From: Callorhinchus milii
Taxonomy: Eukaryota
DNA: 64,000 bases
Assembly: GCF_018977255.1 (NCBI RefSeq)
Contig: NW_024704743.1
Coordinates: 72,728,001-72,792,000 of the forward strand
Direction: 5' to 3'
Shown here: positions 1 through 11,464 of the stretch, piece after piece
Position numbering within the stretch: position 1 is the stretch's first letter
How the letters are laid out: every line of letters begins with the position of its first letter
The notes under the pieces: generated by a model
What the model was told of the DNA's origin: nothing
What the model saw: the letters and a program-made list of their open reading frames with translations, nothing else
Databases searched by the model: none
Made by a program: the position numbers and the translations under genes

Positions 1-154
1 AAACAGCAACCTAAATTCTAGTTCCTGATAATTCAGTAACGCTGAGTTAGGTGGCTCAACATTTTGCTACAAATAAACTTATACTCAGGAGTTTTAAGCA
101 TATTGATACAGTTATAATAATAATAAAGTTTTCCTCAACCTAAAATTCTACAGA

Positions 155-800
155 TGTTCAGTTCAAGTCGTTATTCTTTATGTCGTGCATCTGGATCTGG
201 AGCTAATTCAGCTCAAAGGAGATCCCTCCCTAGGAGGATAGTCACTAGTTGGTCGTCAAACATCCGACAAGCCCAGGTTTGAGCCCTCACTAGATGGATG
301 ATAGGTACCAGAAACTCTCTGCGAGCTTCTCGGTGGGCAACACATCTTTGCACGAAATGTGTGAGAGATTTGCCACCATCTTCCTGTCTGCAGTTCGAGC
401 AGACATCCTTTCCCATTGAGCAATGGTATCCCGAATTGGAGGTACAGGGTAAAGACGGCAGTTGCTTGCCTCTCTGTTGGACAATTAAGGTGGATTCCAG
501 GTGTTGGATGTACTACCGTATGTTCAGGTAACGCCTTGCAGCAGCTGCCACTCCAAGCCTCAGTTTCCTCATCAGCTATCTGGCAGACATCTGCCTTCAG
601 TATGGTGGGAGGACCTTTACAGGTAAGCTTGTGACATGCCAGCCACCTTGATATTCTCGAGGACCAAGTCCAATGCAAAGTCAGTACCAGCTGCGTAATC
701 CAGGCCCTCATGTGAGGGGCCTTGGCAAATAGACGTACCCGCTGTGAAGCCGCCTCCAAGGTGCTTAGCAACAGGTCAGTTTAGGCCAGAGCCCTTACTT
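155..800 (-). mobile_element. Degenerate 3' end of a non-LTR retrotransposon with a C-terminal CCHC zinc knuckle
   Basis: Frameshifted ORFs 256..771 and 213..416 give ...ATAVFTLYLQFGIPLL / KDVCSNCRQEDGGKSLTHFVQRCVAHREARREFLVP (C-x2-C-x10-H-x4-C), followed by a short UTR ending gacttgaactgaac. Confidence 0.5.
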
Positions 801-2139
801 CCTGCACCTGTTCCTGTGTTTGCCACTATAAGAAGGACATAGTAGTGATGGAAAGAGTATCACATAGGTTCATAAGAATGATCCCAGAGCTGGCAGTTTA
901 CTGCTGTCAGAATAGACCAAAACAGTTAAAAGCACTTTTCACAGCAAGAAGACGTCTCGAAGCAATTCAAAGTCGTGAGTTCGATCTCACAAGTCCCACA
1001 TGTCTCTTCGCCTTCTGAGAATTGTGCAGTGTCAGCAGTGCTGGACAAGTTACCAGCACCCAGCTCCCATAGAGATCCCATTTTGTTCTTACAAGTTAAA
1101 TCATATCATGCAGAATGCAAGGTCTTGCAAGTTCCAAATCCACTGAGTTTCACAGATACAAGCTGATGCACAAATTAGATCTCATATCTAATACAATCTG
1201 AGCTCTTGATGATTTCATATGAAACTTACAAAAGAGCAACATGAGAGAGATCCTCTTAAAGTAGTTACAGGTAGCCATTGGGCAACACTGATCACCACAG
1301 TATGTCATTACCTACCCTCCTCACTCCCTGAACTGTTACTATGACTACACTGCAGGGAAATATGCATTCGCTTTTGAAAGAAACATCCCTTCGGCTGACA
1401 TTAAATTTGGTTATTTTAATGGTCCACATGAATTGAAAATACAAGAACAATGCTTATAGACTCCCAACTGTGCTATCAGCACATGCTAGTAGCATGACTT
1501 CCTCCAGACCACCAATGTTTCACACTGCTACCTTTATTCATTGATCATTCTAGACACATCCACTCCCTGCTCTCTGCAGCAAAAAAATCTCCAGTTTATC
1601 TTTGATTTGGCAGCTCACTATGCACTCTGATTCTGAACACAGATCAAACTGCTTTGAGACAGCAAAGATACAGAGTCACATCTTACTGTATTTTCACTAT
1701 TAGTATCAGACTGAGCAACTGTGGATGAATGTTCATAGCTTCCTTTAAATACATCAGGTTTATATCTTTGCCAAGACTCTGCTGCAGCACCAGGTATTAC
1801 ACCTTTCCTTTTATTTGCTGTCATTTGTTTTTATAAGACGAGACATTTATTTTCGCCACGTTTTCTTTGTCTTTGCACCACACAAAATAGCTGGGCTGAA
1901 AGGGAGGACAGGAAACCTACCCCTTGACAACTGTCAACATTGTTTTGTAACCTGCCTTTAGCCTATTTGCAAAAGCAGCTCTGTAGGGCTCTCCTTCCAA
2001 TCCCCTCTCCCTCTCTGTGGGTAATAGTCTGCTTCCGATTTCTACTACCGCAACAATACAGCAGAGATTAAAAATTCGCCATGTGAGAAATCATGAGGGA
2101 GAATCCATTTACCACAACAGCCACAATGCACCAGATCAG

Positions 2140-2350
2140 GAATACAAAGCAACATAAAAACAGGAGTAGTCTATTCTGCCCCTAGAGCCTGTTCCGCCAT
2201 TTTATAAGATCATGGTTGATCTGTACCTCAAGCCCCTTGCCCTGTATCCCTTAATCCCCTGACCATGCAAATATCTATCCACCTCCATCTTGAAAATGTG
2301 AATGGATCCAGGTTCCATAGCCTTTTGGGGGGAGAGAGTTCCAGATTTTA
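2140..2350 (-). mobile_element. CR1 LINE 3' UTR fragment
   Basis: Resembles the reverse complement of fish CR1 3' ends (aggagtag...gagcctgttccgccatt...agatcatggttgatctg...gagagagttccagattt). Confidence 0.6.
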
Positions 2351-2445
2351 CACAAGCCATGTACAAATATCACTAAATTGCACTCGCAGTTCAAAATGAA
2401 GGCTAGAGGATGAGAATTTTATCCATTGGATATAATCCATTGGTA

Positions 2446-4218
2446 ACAAAAACAGAAGTCGCTGGAACGCTCAGCAGTTCAGGCAACAACAACAACTTGG
2501 ATTTATATAGCACCCTCCACGCCAGATGGCATCTCAGAGCACTTCACAGTAACCAATCCCGGGGCCGAGCCAGGGGGAGGCGGAGGAAGGTGACCAAAGA
2601 TGCAGTCGAAAAGAAAGGTCTTCAACCAAGACCTGAAAATAGGAAAAGAAGGGACGAGGCGAAGGGAGTGAGGAAGGGAGTTCCAGAGCCTCGGGGCGTA
2701 GTGGCTGAAGGTACGGTTGCCAATGGTGAAGTGGAGGACTCGGGGGACAAGGAGGAGGCCAGACCTGGTGGAGCGAAGGCAACAGGCACTGTTCTGAGGA
2801 GAGAGGAAGTCAGAGAGATAGGGGGGTGCAGAAGAGTGGAGGGATTTGAAGACAAGAGTGAGGATCTTGAAGTCGATCCTCTCTGGAACAGGCAGCCAGT
2901 GCAGTCTGGCAAGGACTGGGGTAATCGGAGAGCGGAGTTTGGTGCAGCTAAGAATGCGAGCAGCAGAGTTTTGTATGACCTGGATTTTATGGATGGTAGT
3001 GGAAGGGAGACCGGCGAGGAGGGCATTTGAATAGTCCAGCCGAGAGGTGACAAAGGCATGGACCAAGGTTTCAGCGGCTTTTGGAGTGAGGTATTGGCAG
3101 AGATGGGCGATGCGTCAGAGGTGGAAGAAGGTGGTGCTGGTGAGGGACTGGATGTGGGGGACGAAGGATAATTGGGGGCTGAACCTGACGCCTAGGTTGC
3201 GTACGGGTTTGGAGAGTTTTAGGGGGAGGTCGGGTAGGTGGAAGAGGTGAGAACCGTGTGATTTTAGACGTTGATGAGAGCCAAAGAGTATGGCTTCCGT
3301 CTTGTCAACGTTCAGTTAAAGGAAATTCACGCTCATCCAGCTCCTGAGATCTGACAGGCAGGCTGACAGAACATCAGGGGACTGGGGGGTCGCAGAGAGA
3401 GGTGGAAAAATAGAGTTGGGTGTCGTCTGCATACGTGGAAGTGTATCCCATGTCTGCGGATGACATCCCCAAGAGGGAGCATATAGATCAGAAAGAGAGG
3501 AGATGTACTGCTGGCGGTTTGTGAGGTAGGACACGAACCAGACGAGTGCGGTCCCACTGAGATGGATGATGGAGGAAAGGCGGTGGAGGAGGATGGCGTG
3601 ATCGACTATGTCAAAAGTGGCGGAGAAGTCTAGGAGGACAAGGAGGCAGAGGGAGCCCTGGTCACAGATAGAGAGGATGTCATTTGTGACTTTCACAAGC
3701 GCAGTCTCTGCACTGTGGGCAGGGCAGAAACCGGACTGGAGGGGTTCGAAGAGGGAGTGGGAGGAGAGGTGTGCGTGGAGTTGATTTGCAACAATGCGTT
3801 CTAGGACTTTTGCGAGGAAGAGCAGGTTTGAAATAGGGCGGTAGGGGCTGGGGTTTGAGGGATCTAGGGAAGGTTTTTTGAGGAGGGGGGTGATGACAGC
3901 AGTTTTGAGGGGGGCAGGGACTGATCCAAAGGAGAGGAACTGGTTGATGACATCAGCCAGTAGTGGGCAGAGGAGGGGGGGCTGGGTGACCAGCAAGTTG
4001 GTCACCAGCAAGGCAGCATCTATGGAGATAGGAAAGTGAGTCAACGTTTCGGGTTCATGACCCTTCGTCAGAACAGATCCTTCTGACGAAGGGTCAAGGA
4101 CCCAAAACATTGATTCACTTTCCTTTCTCCATAGATGCTGCCTGACCTGCTGAGTGTTCCCAGCGACTTCTGTTTTTGTTTTCAGATTTCCGGTATCTGC
4201 AGTATTTTGTGTTTTGTT
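2446..4218. mobile_element. Palindromic non-autonomous Penelope-like element (2446-2485 plus 4011-4218) interrupted by an L2
   Basis: Left piece acaaaaacagaagtcgctggaacgctcagcagttcaggca continues at 4011 and is the reverse complement of about 4081-4180, with centre cagatcc. Flanked by 13/15 identical direct repeats at 2431-2445 and 4219-4233. CTGACGA...GAAA cores in the arms. Confidence 0.7.
2486..4010 (-). mobile_element. L2-clade LINE, 5'-truncated RT remnant (subfamily A tail)
   Basis: ORFs 3316..4110 (YRPISNL..LAKVLER, QSGF...HSAETAL, LLDFSATFD) and 2503..3066 (HAFVTSRLDYSN, LHWLPV, YAPRLWNSLP); (GTT)n tail; aggca duplicated at 2481-2485 and 4011-4015. Confidence 0.93.
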
Positions 4219-4461
4219 TATGATCCATTGTTACTTGGATTTTTAGAAAGCTTTCATGTGAGAGGCATTACAGGCAGGTTAAGGTTTTAAAAACGGAATT
4301 GACAATAGCTAGTTGGATTGAAAGCTATTAGGAAGCTGAAGGAACGTTAAATGGAATCTCTCTGGGAGGAGCAGAGTTCTGTTCCGAATCCTACACTATT
4401 CACACCATTCATAAGTGACATGGAAGAGAACACTTTTTATAATATACAATTTTTGTTGATA

Positions 4462-4850
4462 AATAATCCATGCATTTGACTTTATCACATTGAAATGTCT
4501 CAATGTGCTTCACAGTTTCCTGTAAAGTGCAGTGTCTGTGTGTCTGGATAGCCAATTTCCACACAGCATTGTCCTACATATAACCAGGAGGTTAACAACC
4601 AATTTAACTGGAGGATACTGACCAGAACACCAGATGAAACTCTGTTCTATTTTCAAATCATGTATTATTCACTTGAATAGGCAGAGACCTTGTCCAACAT
4701 TTCTTTCTTACGACACTATCTCTGGTAATGCAGCTCTCTTAAAAATTACATTGGAGCATCAGCCATGTCCCCGAGCTCCATATCCTCGACACACGACGTG
4801 AACCTACAACCTTCTGATCCAGAGGCAAGAGTGCTACCAATTAAGCTAGC
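4462..4850 (-). mobile_element. Old tRNA-derived Deu-type (SacSINE1-like) SINE
   Basis: Reverse-complement head ttggtagcactcttgcctctggatcagaaggttgtaggttca and L2-type tail; aligns with copies at 46273 and 58600. Confidence 0.7.
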
Positions 4851-5264
4851 CTGGTACCGAGCTTTGGGGTCAGCTAAGAAATATATAGAAATAAATGCAT
4901 TCAGATATTCCAGAAGTCATCCTAGCCTGTATAGGTCACTGGTAATACTGTATTTGGATTATATTTCATTTCAGACACCTTACCTTCAAAAGGCATTTTA
5001 GAACGATGCATTCATTTAGTTAATTACCAGGATAATTCTGGCACATGAATCTCTCAGTTCCGAAGAAATAAGACCAGGTCAGACATGATCTGAGTTTTTA
5101 AAATGTTAAGGACATAGTTGATGTACGTATAAGCAAGCTATTTTGACTGGGGTAGTGAGTGCAGAATTAGAGGAAGTGGGTAGTAATAAAAAGAAAATTT
5201 GCAGTGCCCAGAAATCTCAAACGAAAACAGAAATGCTGGTGACCCACAGCAAGTCCTCCTGTTG

Positions 5265-5656
5265 TGGAGTCTTGTAGCATATTGGTTAGAGCACTCGCCT
5301 CGCAAGCGAGAGGGCCTAGGTTCAATTCTCGAGCAGGGCAAAAACCTTAGGCAAGTTTCTTTACTCCACACGCTTCTGTTTACACAATAGTAAATAGGAA
5401 CCCAGTTGTTTGTCAATTGGCAGACCGCTTTTCACGGAGTAATAATCCCTCCAAATTTAAAATACAAAAATAACAATTTGGTCACTCAATTTACCACTGT
5501 TTGTGGGACACTACTGTATGCAATTGGCTGCTGCATTTCGCCCACAAAATATAGTCAATTCACTTTTCAGTATATTCTATGAAGTGCTTTGAGATGTCTC
5601 AAAGACGTGATAAGGTGCTAAATCAAATGCAAGGATTATCATGATTATTATTATTA
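5265..5656 (+). mobile_element. tRNA(Ala)-derived SINE, older long subfamily
   Basis: tggagtcttgtagc head with A/B boxes, an extra internal segment of about 70 bp, tail caaatgcaaggattat(tat)n. Confidence 0.88.
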
Positions 5657-6637
5657 AGTCAAATGCACTATTTTCCTAGTAATATTACTGCTGAGTAGCA
5701 ATTGTTAACAAATTGGCTATTTGCATTTCAGTTGTCTGCTATCTGACACATCAGCAAAGTGACTGCAACTGTTAATGGAAACCAGCACAAATCTGTGGCC
5801 AAGCTATCTTCAGTGGAATTGGAATTGTATTGCCTCTGATTCCAATTTCCTTAGGGTTTTGGGTTCAGCGGCAGTTCTATACATGTCACTTAACAAGCCA
5901 GTGTGTGTGGATTGACCTTTCTTCAACATTTATTTACAAAATAACTTTGCGTCTCTACTTGCTACATAATGTAATAGCCAAAGACCACATCAAATATAAT
6001 TGTTCCACTTCTTCCTTACTACCCATTTTATAGTCAAACCACAGACATTTCATGGCCTGTGTGCCTTTTTGCACAGCAAGGCTTTTAAAGACATATTCTT
6101 CCTACTCCAAGAACGCTTTGGGTATCTGCACAATGGAGAAGATTAGATTTCAAGAGTTTACACTTGAATTCTGTTCATTATCATAGAGACACAACACAAA
6201 ACATCTGCTGGGATTAAGCAGCCAGCATGAAAAACCAAGATAACCAGTGACAATGCAATACATTTCATCGATCAAGATAAACTGCAGCCTGCACCCTGAT
6301 GGAAAATAAAGCATTTAAAAATAAGTGACAATAGGGGATAGGAGGAGGAGGATGCAAAGAGAATGAAGAAGGGGAAACCATTGAGTTTATTTGATTACTG
6401 ATTAAGGAAATCTGAATATCATCGTTTCTTTAACATTCAATTAAATTCACAAAAGAATCTAACTGCAGTTAAGAATGACAAGGATTGCAGGCCATCCAAG
6501 TCGTAAGCCTGTTTTTCTATTCTGCAAAAAGATTCTAAAAGGACTTGATTTGCAGTAATGTAGATGTTCACAGATATTCAACGATCAAGCAGAAGAAGAA
6601 CGTGTTGTTTTTTTTAAATCGCATCATATCATTGTCG

Positions 6638-6960
6638 TGGAGTCCTGTAGCTCAGTAGTTAGAGCTCTCGCTTTGCAAATGAGAGACCTGAGTTCAATTC
6701 CAGGCAGAGGGCGAAACCTTGGGCAAGTTTCCTTACTCCACACAGAGCCTAATAATAATCCCTCCAAAACCAAAAACAATAATAAAATTGGTCATTTTCA
6801 ATCTACGACTGTTCGTGGGACATTGCTGTGCGCAATTGGCTGCCGCGTTCGCCCACAAATATACAGTCAATTCTCTTTACAGTGTGTTCTGTGAAGTGCT
6901 TTGGGACGTCCTCCCGATGTGAAAAGCGCTATATCAAATGCAAGGATTATTATTATTATT
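6638..6960 (+). mobile_element. tRNA(Ala)-derived SINE, young subfamily
   Basis: Near-identical to copies at 12809, 18747, 26357, 36702 and 45335; A box tagctcagtrg, B box gagttcaattcc, (TTA)n tail. Confidence 0.95.
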
Positions 6961-6994
6961 AACAGACAAAAATGACATCAAGTGTTGATAACTC

Positions 6995-7325
6995 AATGAA
7001 AATAGTCCTTCCATGTCGGAAGATATCCCAAAGTGCTTCACAAGATTCACTGTAAGTGAAGTGTAGTTAAAGTGTAGTTACCGAATATCTTGTAGGTAAA
7101 TGCGGCAGCAAATTTGCACAGTAATGCTCCCCAAACAGCCATGAAACAAATGATCAATCTTTTCTATCAGGACATCGGGAGAAACTCACTTTTTTCCCCA
7201 AATAGTTCCATGGGATCTTTATCGTCCACCTGAACAGGCAGACAGGATCTCGGCTTCATGTCTTACCCAAAGAATGACACCTCGGCCAACACAGCGTTCC
7301 CCCAGTAACACAGCAATCTAGGTTG
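6995..7325 (-). mobile_element. Old Deu-type SINE fragment
   Basis: ccatgggatctttatcgtccacctgaacaggcagac core and L2-type tail, as in other Deu-type copies. Confidence 0.65.
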
Positions 7326-9249
7326 ACATCGGAGTATCAACCTAGATTGAATTCAAAGTCCTGATACAGGGCTTAAAAAGTTTCAACAAGACTACAGAGA
7401 AAGTACTACTGTAATTTCTTCGCTGCTTTGCTGCAATTTCTCTTCTAAATAAGAAATTAGGTTGTAAATTCACAAAAGGATTAGAATTTAGCAAATCCCA
7501 GGATGACCCTCTGAAAGTCAATGTCTGAGGGGAGTTCCAAAATGCAATCACTACACATCCGGGAATCACTATATCTCGCAATTTACACCCCAATGTCACA
7601 GACACCAAAAATTTGGTAGTTTAATCTTACAAGAGTACTTGTAAATCACGGAATCAACTGAAAATAATTTCTCAATCAATGTCCAGCTGTGATTTTGCAA
7701 GTGTTTGATGTTAAATAAAAGCAACAGAAGTGTGCCAAAATCCACAAGTGACTTCCCTTCCAGGAGCTTGTTTTCACAGTCTCGTATAATTAGCATACAC
7801 CTAACAGGCTCTGTCTCTTTGTATTACAGGAAAACAACTCAAAGGATTCCAGGAGTTCATAAGGGCAAGTGTTCAACATAAGCCAATTATGATTCTCCTA
7901 AATTCAGGATATCATTTGATTTTCTGCTTCTGGTTGGATTTTTAAAGTACCTTTGAATGTTTATTATCTATTTATATGCTGAATGTTTCAGCTGATATAT
8001 TTCTGATCATTTGGTGGAAACTACCACATGGCCATTGGCAAAGTGAAAAAACATTTATCTATGAAGGAAAAACTTGTGATGCATAGTTCCCCCCTGCAGA
8101 AACCAGCAGTGATACTACCACTGGTATCTTGTCGCAACTTGTCATCCCGTTGTGAAAGGTGCTATACAAATGTAATTTGCTGTTGTTATTTGTGTAAACC
8201 ATGTATGAATGCATTCGAACAGAGGAATTATATATACCTCGGTGTGATATTAACAATCAATGGAAAGGATTGCAAGTGATGGTGTAATCCTTCACATTGG
8301 TTACTGTAAATGTATTTTGGTTAAGGGCACGTGTAAATTTGTCCATATACATGTTTACACAACTCATATAACAAAGCCCAACACAAAAAGTATATGACAA
8401 AGAGTGACAGCAATATACATGGGAATCACTTAAAAATCAGTTGCAAAAATCACAGCCAACCCTCTTAAAATACATTTAATAATAATAATAATCCTTGGAT
8501 TTGGTACAATAATAAACCTTGCATTTTGATGAAGCACCTTATCACGTCTTTGAGACGTACTTCACAGTATATGCTTCACAGTGCTTCACATTATATACTG
8601 TAAAATGAAGTGACTGCGTTTTGTATAGCGCCTTATCATGTCGTCAAAAGATTTACTATAAAATTATTTGAAAGATTCTAAACATTCATCTCCACAGAAG
8701 CTAGCACCATCATATTAATCCACACTCTCTCTGCAAGGACAACACACTCATCGGGACAAAATCTGTATCAGCCCAGCTGTGCCGCTATCTGATCCCAAAT
8801 GGAACACGTCTACAGAATATAATAGAGTATTTTGAACTTACAGGTTGTGCACATTTTTTTGGTACTATCTTTTTTCAAATAATCTTTAAATTTAGTAGAG
8901 TAGCATTTCACCCCCAATCAACATGTTAGTAATGCATGAATACTGGTGACAATAACAAGGAAACTGGTCTAGCATTGATTAATGGGTCTGAATTAATTCC
9001 CGTAGAAGAGGTAATGAGGTAGAATAACTGTTCATATGGTTGTTTGGAAAACACTCCAGGTTAATGTTCCTGGTTGCCATATATCTGAAGTAGCGAACAG
9101 TGGCTCTCGGGAATTCACAGCCCAGTGTTATTAAGCATTCTGCCACCAGCTTCATCACTAACAGCCAACAGTAGACAGTCTATTCCTAGAGCCAGTAACT
9201 TCCTCACCATCTACAAAATGAAGTCCACAAACTCAGCTGAAAAAAGGTC

Positions 9250-9775
9250 ATAAAATCACAAGATTATTATAAGATTGGTTTGTATGCTGAGGTTTTTTTG
9301 GGCCACAGGGTCAAGCTGTTTTTTTTCACACAAGCATCCTGCCTTGTAATCTGTTACAGGCATTAAGTACCCTCTGGGTAGAGAATAACTTCCTGGTGTC
9401 TGTCGCGGACTTGTCTTTTGCAACTCTAAATTTATGTTCTCTCTTCTACTGTCTTGGTGCATCCCAAAGGATTGTTCTGGGTTTACTTTTTCAATTCCAT
9501 TTATAATTTTATACGTCTCTATAAGGCCCCTCTGACTCATCTTTCAAGATTGAAACGCCCTGCCTGGTCTATTCATTGCTCATTCCTCAAATACTGGGGT
9601 ATGATCCTTAATACTCTTGCCTCTACTAATGTAGTCTGACCAGCACAATAATAGGTTGAATATGACGTCTGGGGAAATGAACTCCATTGATTTGGTAACA
9701 CAGACCAGCATTCTGTTTGTCTTGTTAATTATCTTAGGGCACTACCAGAGAGTGGGAAGTAAAGGATCTCTTTTC
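9250..9775 (-). mobile_element. CR1 LINE ORF2 C-terminal fragment
   Basis: ORF 9256..9540 contains RGLIETYKIINGIEKV, a CR1 C-terminal motif. Confidence 0.75.
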
Positions 9776-11464
9776 TTTGTTAGATTACCAATACTGATTG
9801 AAGATTCTTAGACTCATTTTCATAATCAACTGAGGAGGGAGAACAACATTTTTTGTTAAGTGATGGTCATGTGATGACCATCAAAAGTTAACAACTCAAC
9901 AAAAGTTTGAGAACGTGTTAAAAACAGGTGAGGGATACATTGTGGCAGCAATTGGAAAAGATAATTTAAGCTTTAAATTTTCCAAAACTGTAATATTCTT
10001 TTGGATTTCAATATGTGCCACAGATTTCAGTAATGATCCCATTTATTACATCTTTCCAAGTGTTTGACAGCAGTTTTAAAATGGCTTAATTACTCCATAC
10101 CCTATGGGTGGTTAGCACAAGCAAATACACTGCCTGTCATTTGTCTCACAAATGATCTCACAATTTGTTCTCAGTCCAAATTATTAAATGATTAATTTAT
10201 GCAAAGCAATGGAAGGCAAAATAATGAAAATAAACAACTATATTAACCTTTTCTAACCATTAGTTTGATTAATGAGAGCTTGGTGACAACTTGTAATTCA
10301 AAAAAGCATTAATTTAATTGGATGAAAACATCACCGAAAAAACCCATCATAAATTAATTGTAACAAACGTGAACAGTGGTTGTCCAGGTATGGTCACATT
10401 GGGTACTACTTTTCCTTTAATTACTGCTTTTCCTTAACGACGAGTCTGGTATGTTAGTCAGCATCCCATTATAAAATGGAATGAAAAAGTCACTTGCATC
10501 AGCATTTGCTGCTTAATAGTCTGAGAATAACTGCAAATGGCTCAGAGCTAATGTCATTTTATTGATCATTTGGGTGTCTAACACATGTAAAAGCTCATCG
10601 TTAAGGTTAAGATTATCCAAATCACTGAGTTCCAAATAGCTAATATCAACAAAAGGGCTATCCACTTACATATTAACAAATAGGCTAAAGGAAGACAAAA
10701 TAATGTAAAATTTAACAAAGCTTTGCATGTTTATAGATTCTGGACACACTTAGCACTATTTTATTTGAAATAGTAATTTTAAAATGAATCACCAATTCAT
10801 TAAAAAATAAATGAATTACCATTATACACCTAAAAAAGTCAATCATGTAAATAGAGGTGGCATTAGCAAGGGAACAGGTCTAGCACTGATTAATGGGTCT
10901 GGATTAATGCCCAGAGAAGATGAGACAGTGAGACTGAATAAAGAATACAGATAGAATCCAGTCAGCGACCAATAAAAGCATTACATTCATGGGAGAATTT
11001 GTGCAAGATATTTGTTCTGCCATTCATTCATTTAATGATAATGTATTTGCAGTCCAACCGATATTATTTTCCTTTCTGTTTATTTTTCACTGAGAATTTA
11101 AAAGATTTTTTCAAGAATTTAAAATGGCAATGGCTATAGTTTCACATCACTTACACATGCAATGACTGGTCATGAGCTGAACAGGTCTGATTACATTTAG
11201 GAATGACAAAGTAAAACACTGACTACTAATTTAAATTTAAAAGCCTGGCTGAAGACAGGACTGCCTTTCCTGCTATTTAGCTTTAGGAAATTAGAGATTG
11301 TAGAACAATGTTACATTCAAGATCAATTGAGAAGTTTGAAAAACGGTCATCTTTTGTGCGCACAGACATCCACACACCTGGATGCACACACAACACACAG
11401 TTGATTAGTCAGATGGATGGTCTTTTCCAGTCTTGTATAATCTTATACTCCTTTAGCTGCAAAT

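Noticed and set aside
2410..3030. 206-aa plus-strand ORF and similar ORFs (37951..38406, 36208..36561)
   Set aside because: Antisense or off-frame readings of L2 RT remnants.
6638..6710. tRNA-Ala(TGC)-like sequences at SINE heads
   Set aside because: No proper acceptor stem or terminator, and always fused to the SINE body; not tRNA genes.
6637..6922. Recurrent small ORFs (ESCSSVVRALALQ..., MGKFPYST...)
   Set aside because: Recurrence reflects SINE copy number; frames break differently among copies.
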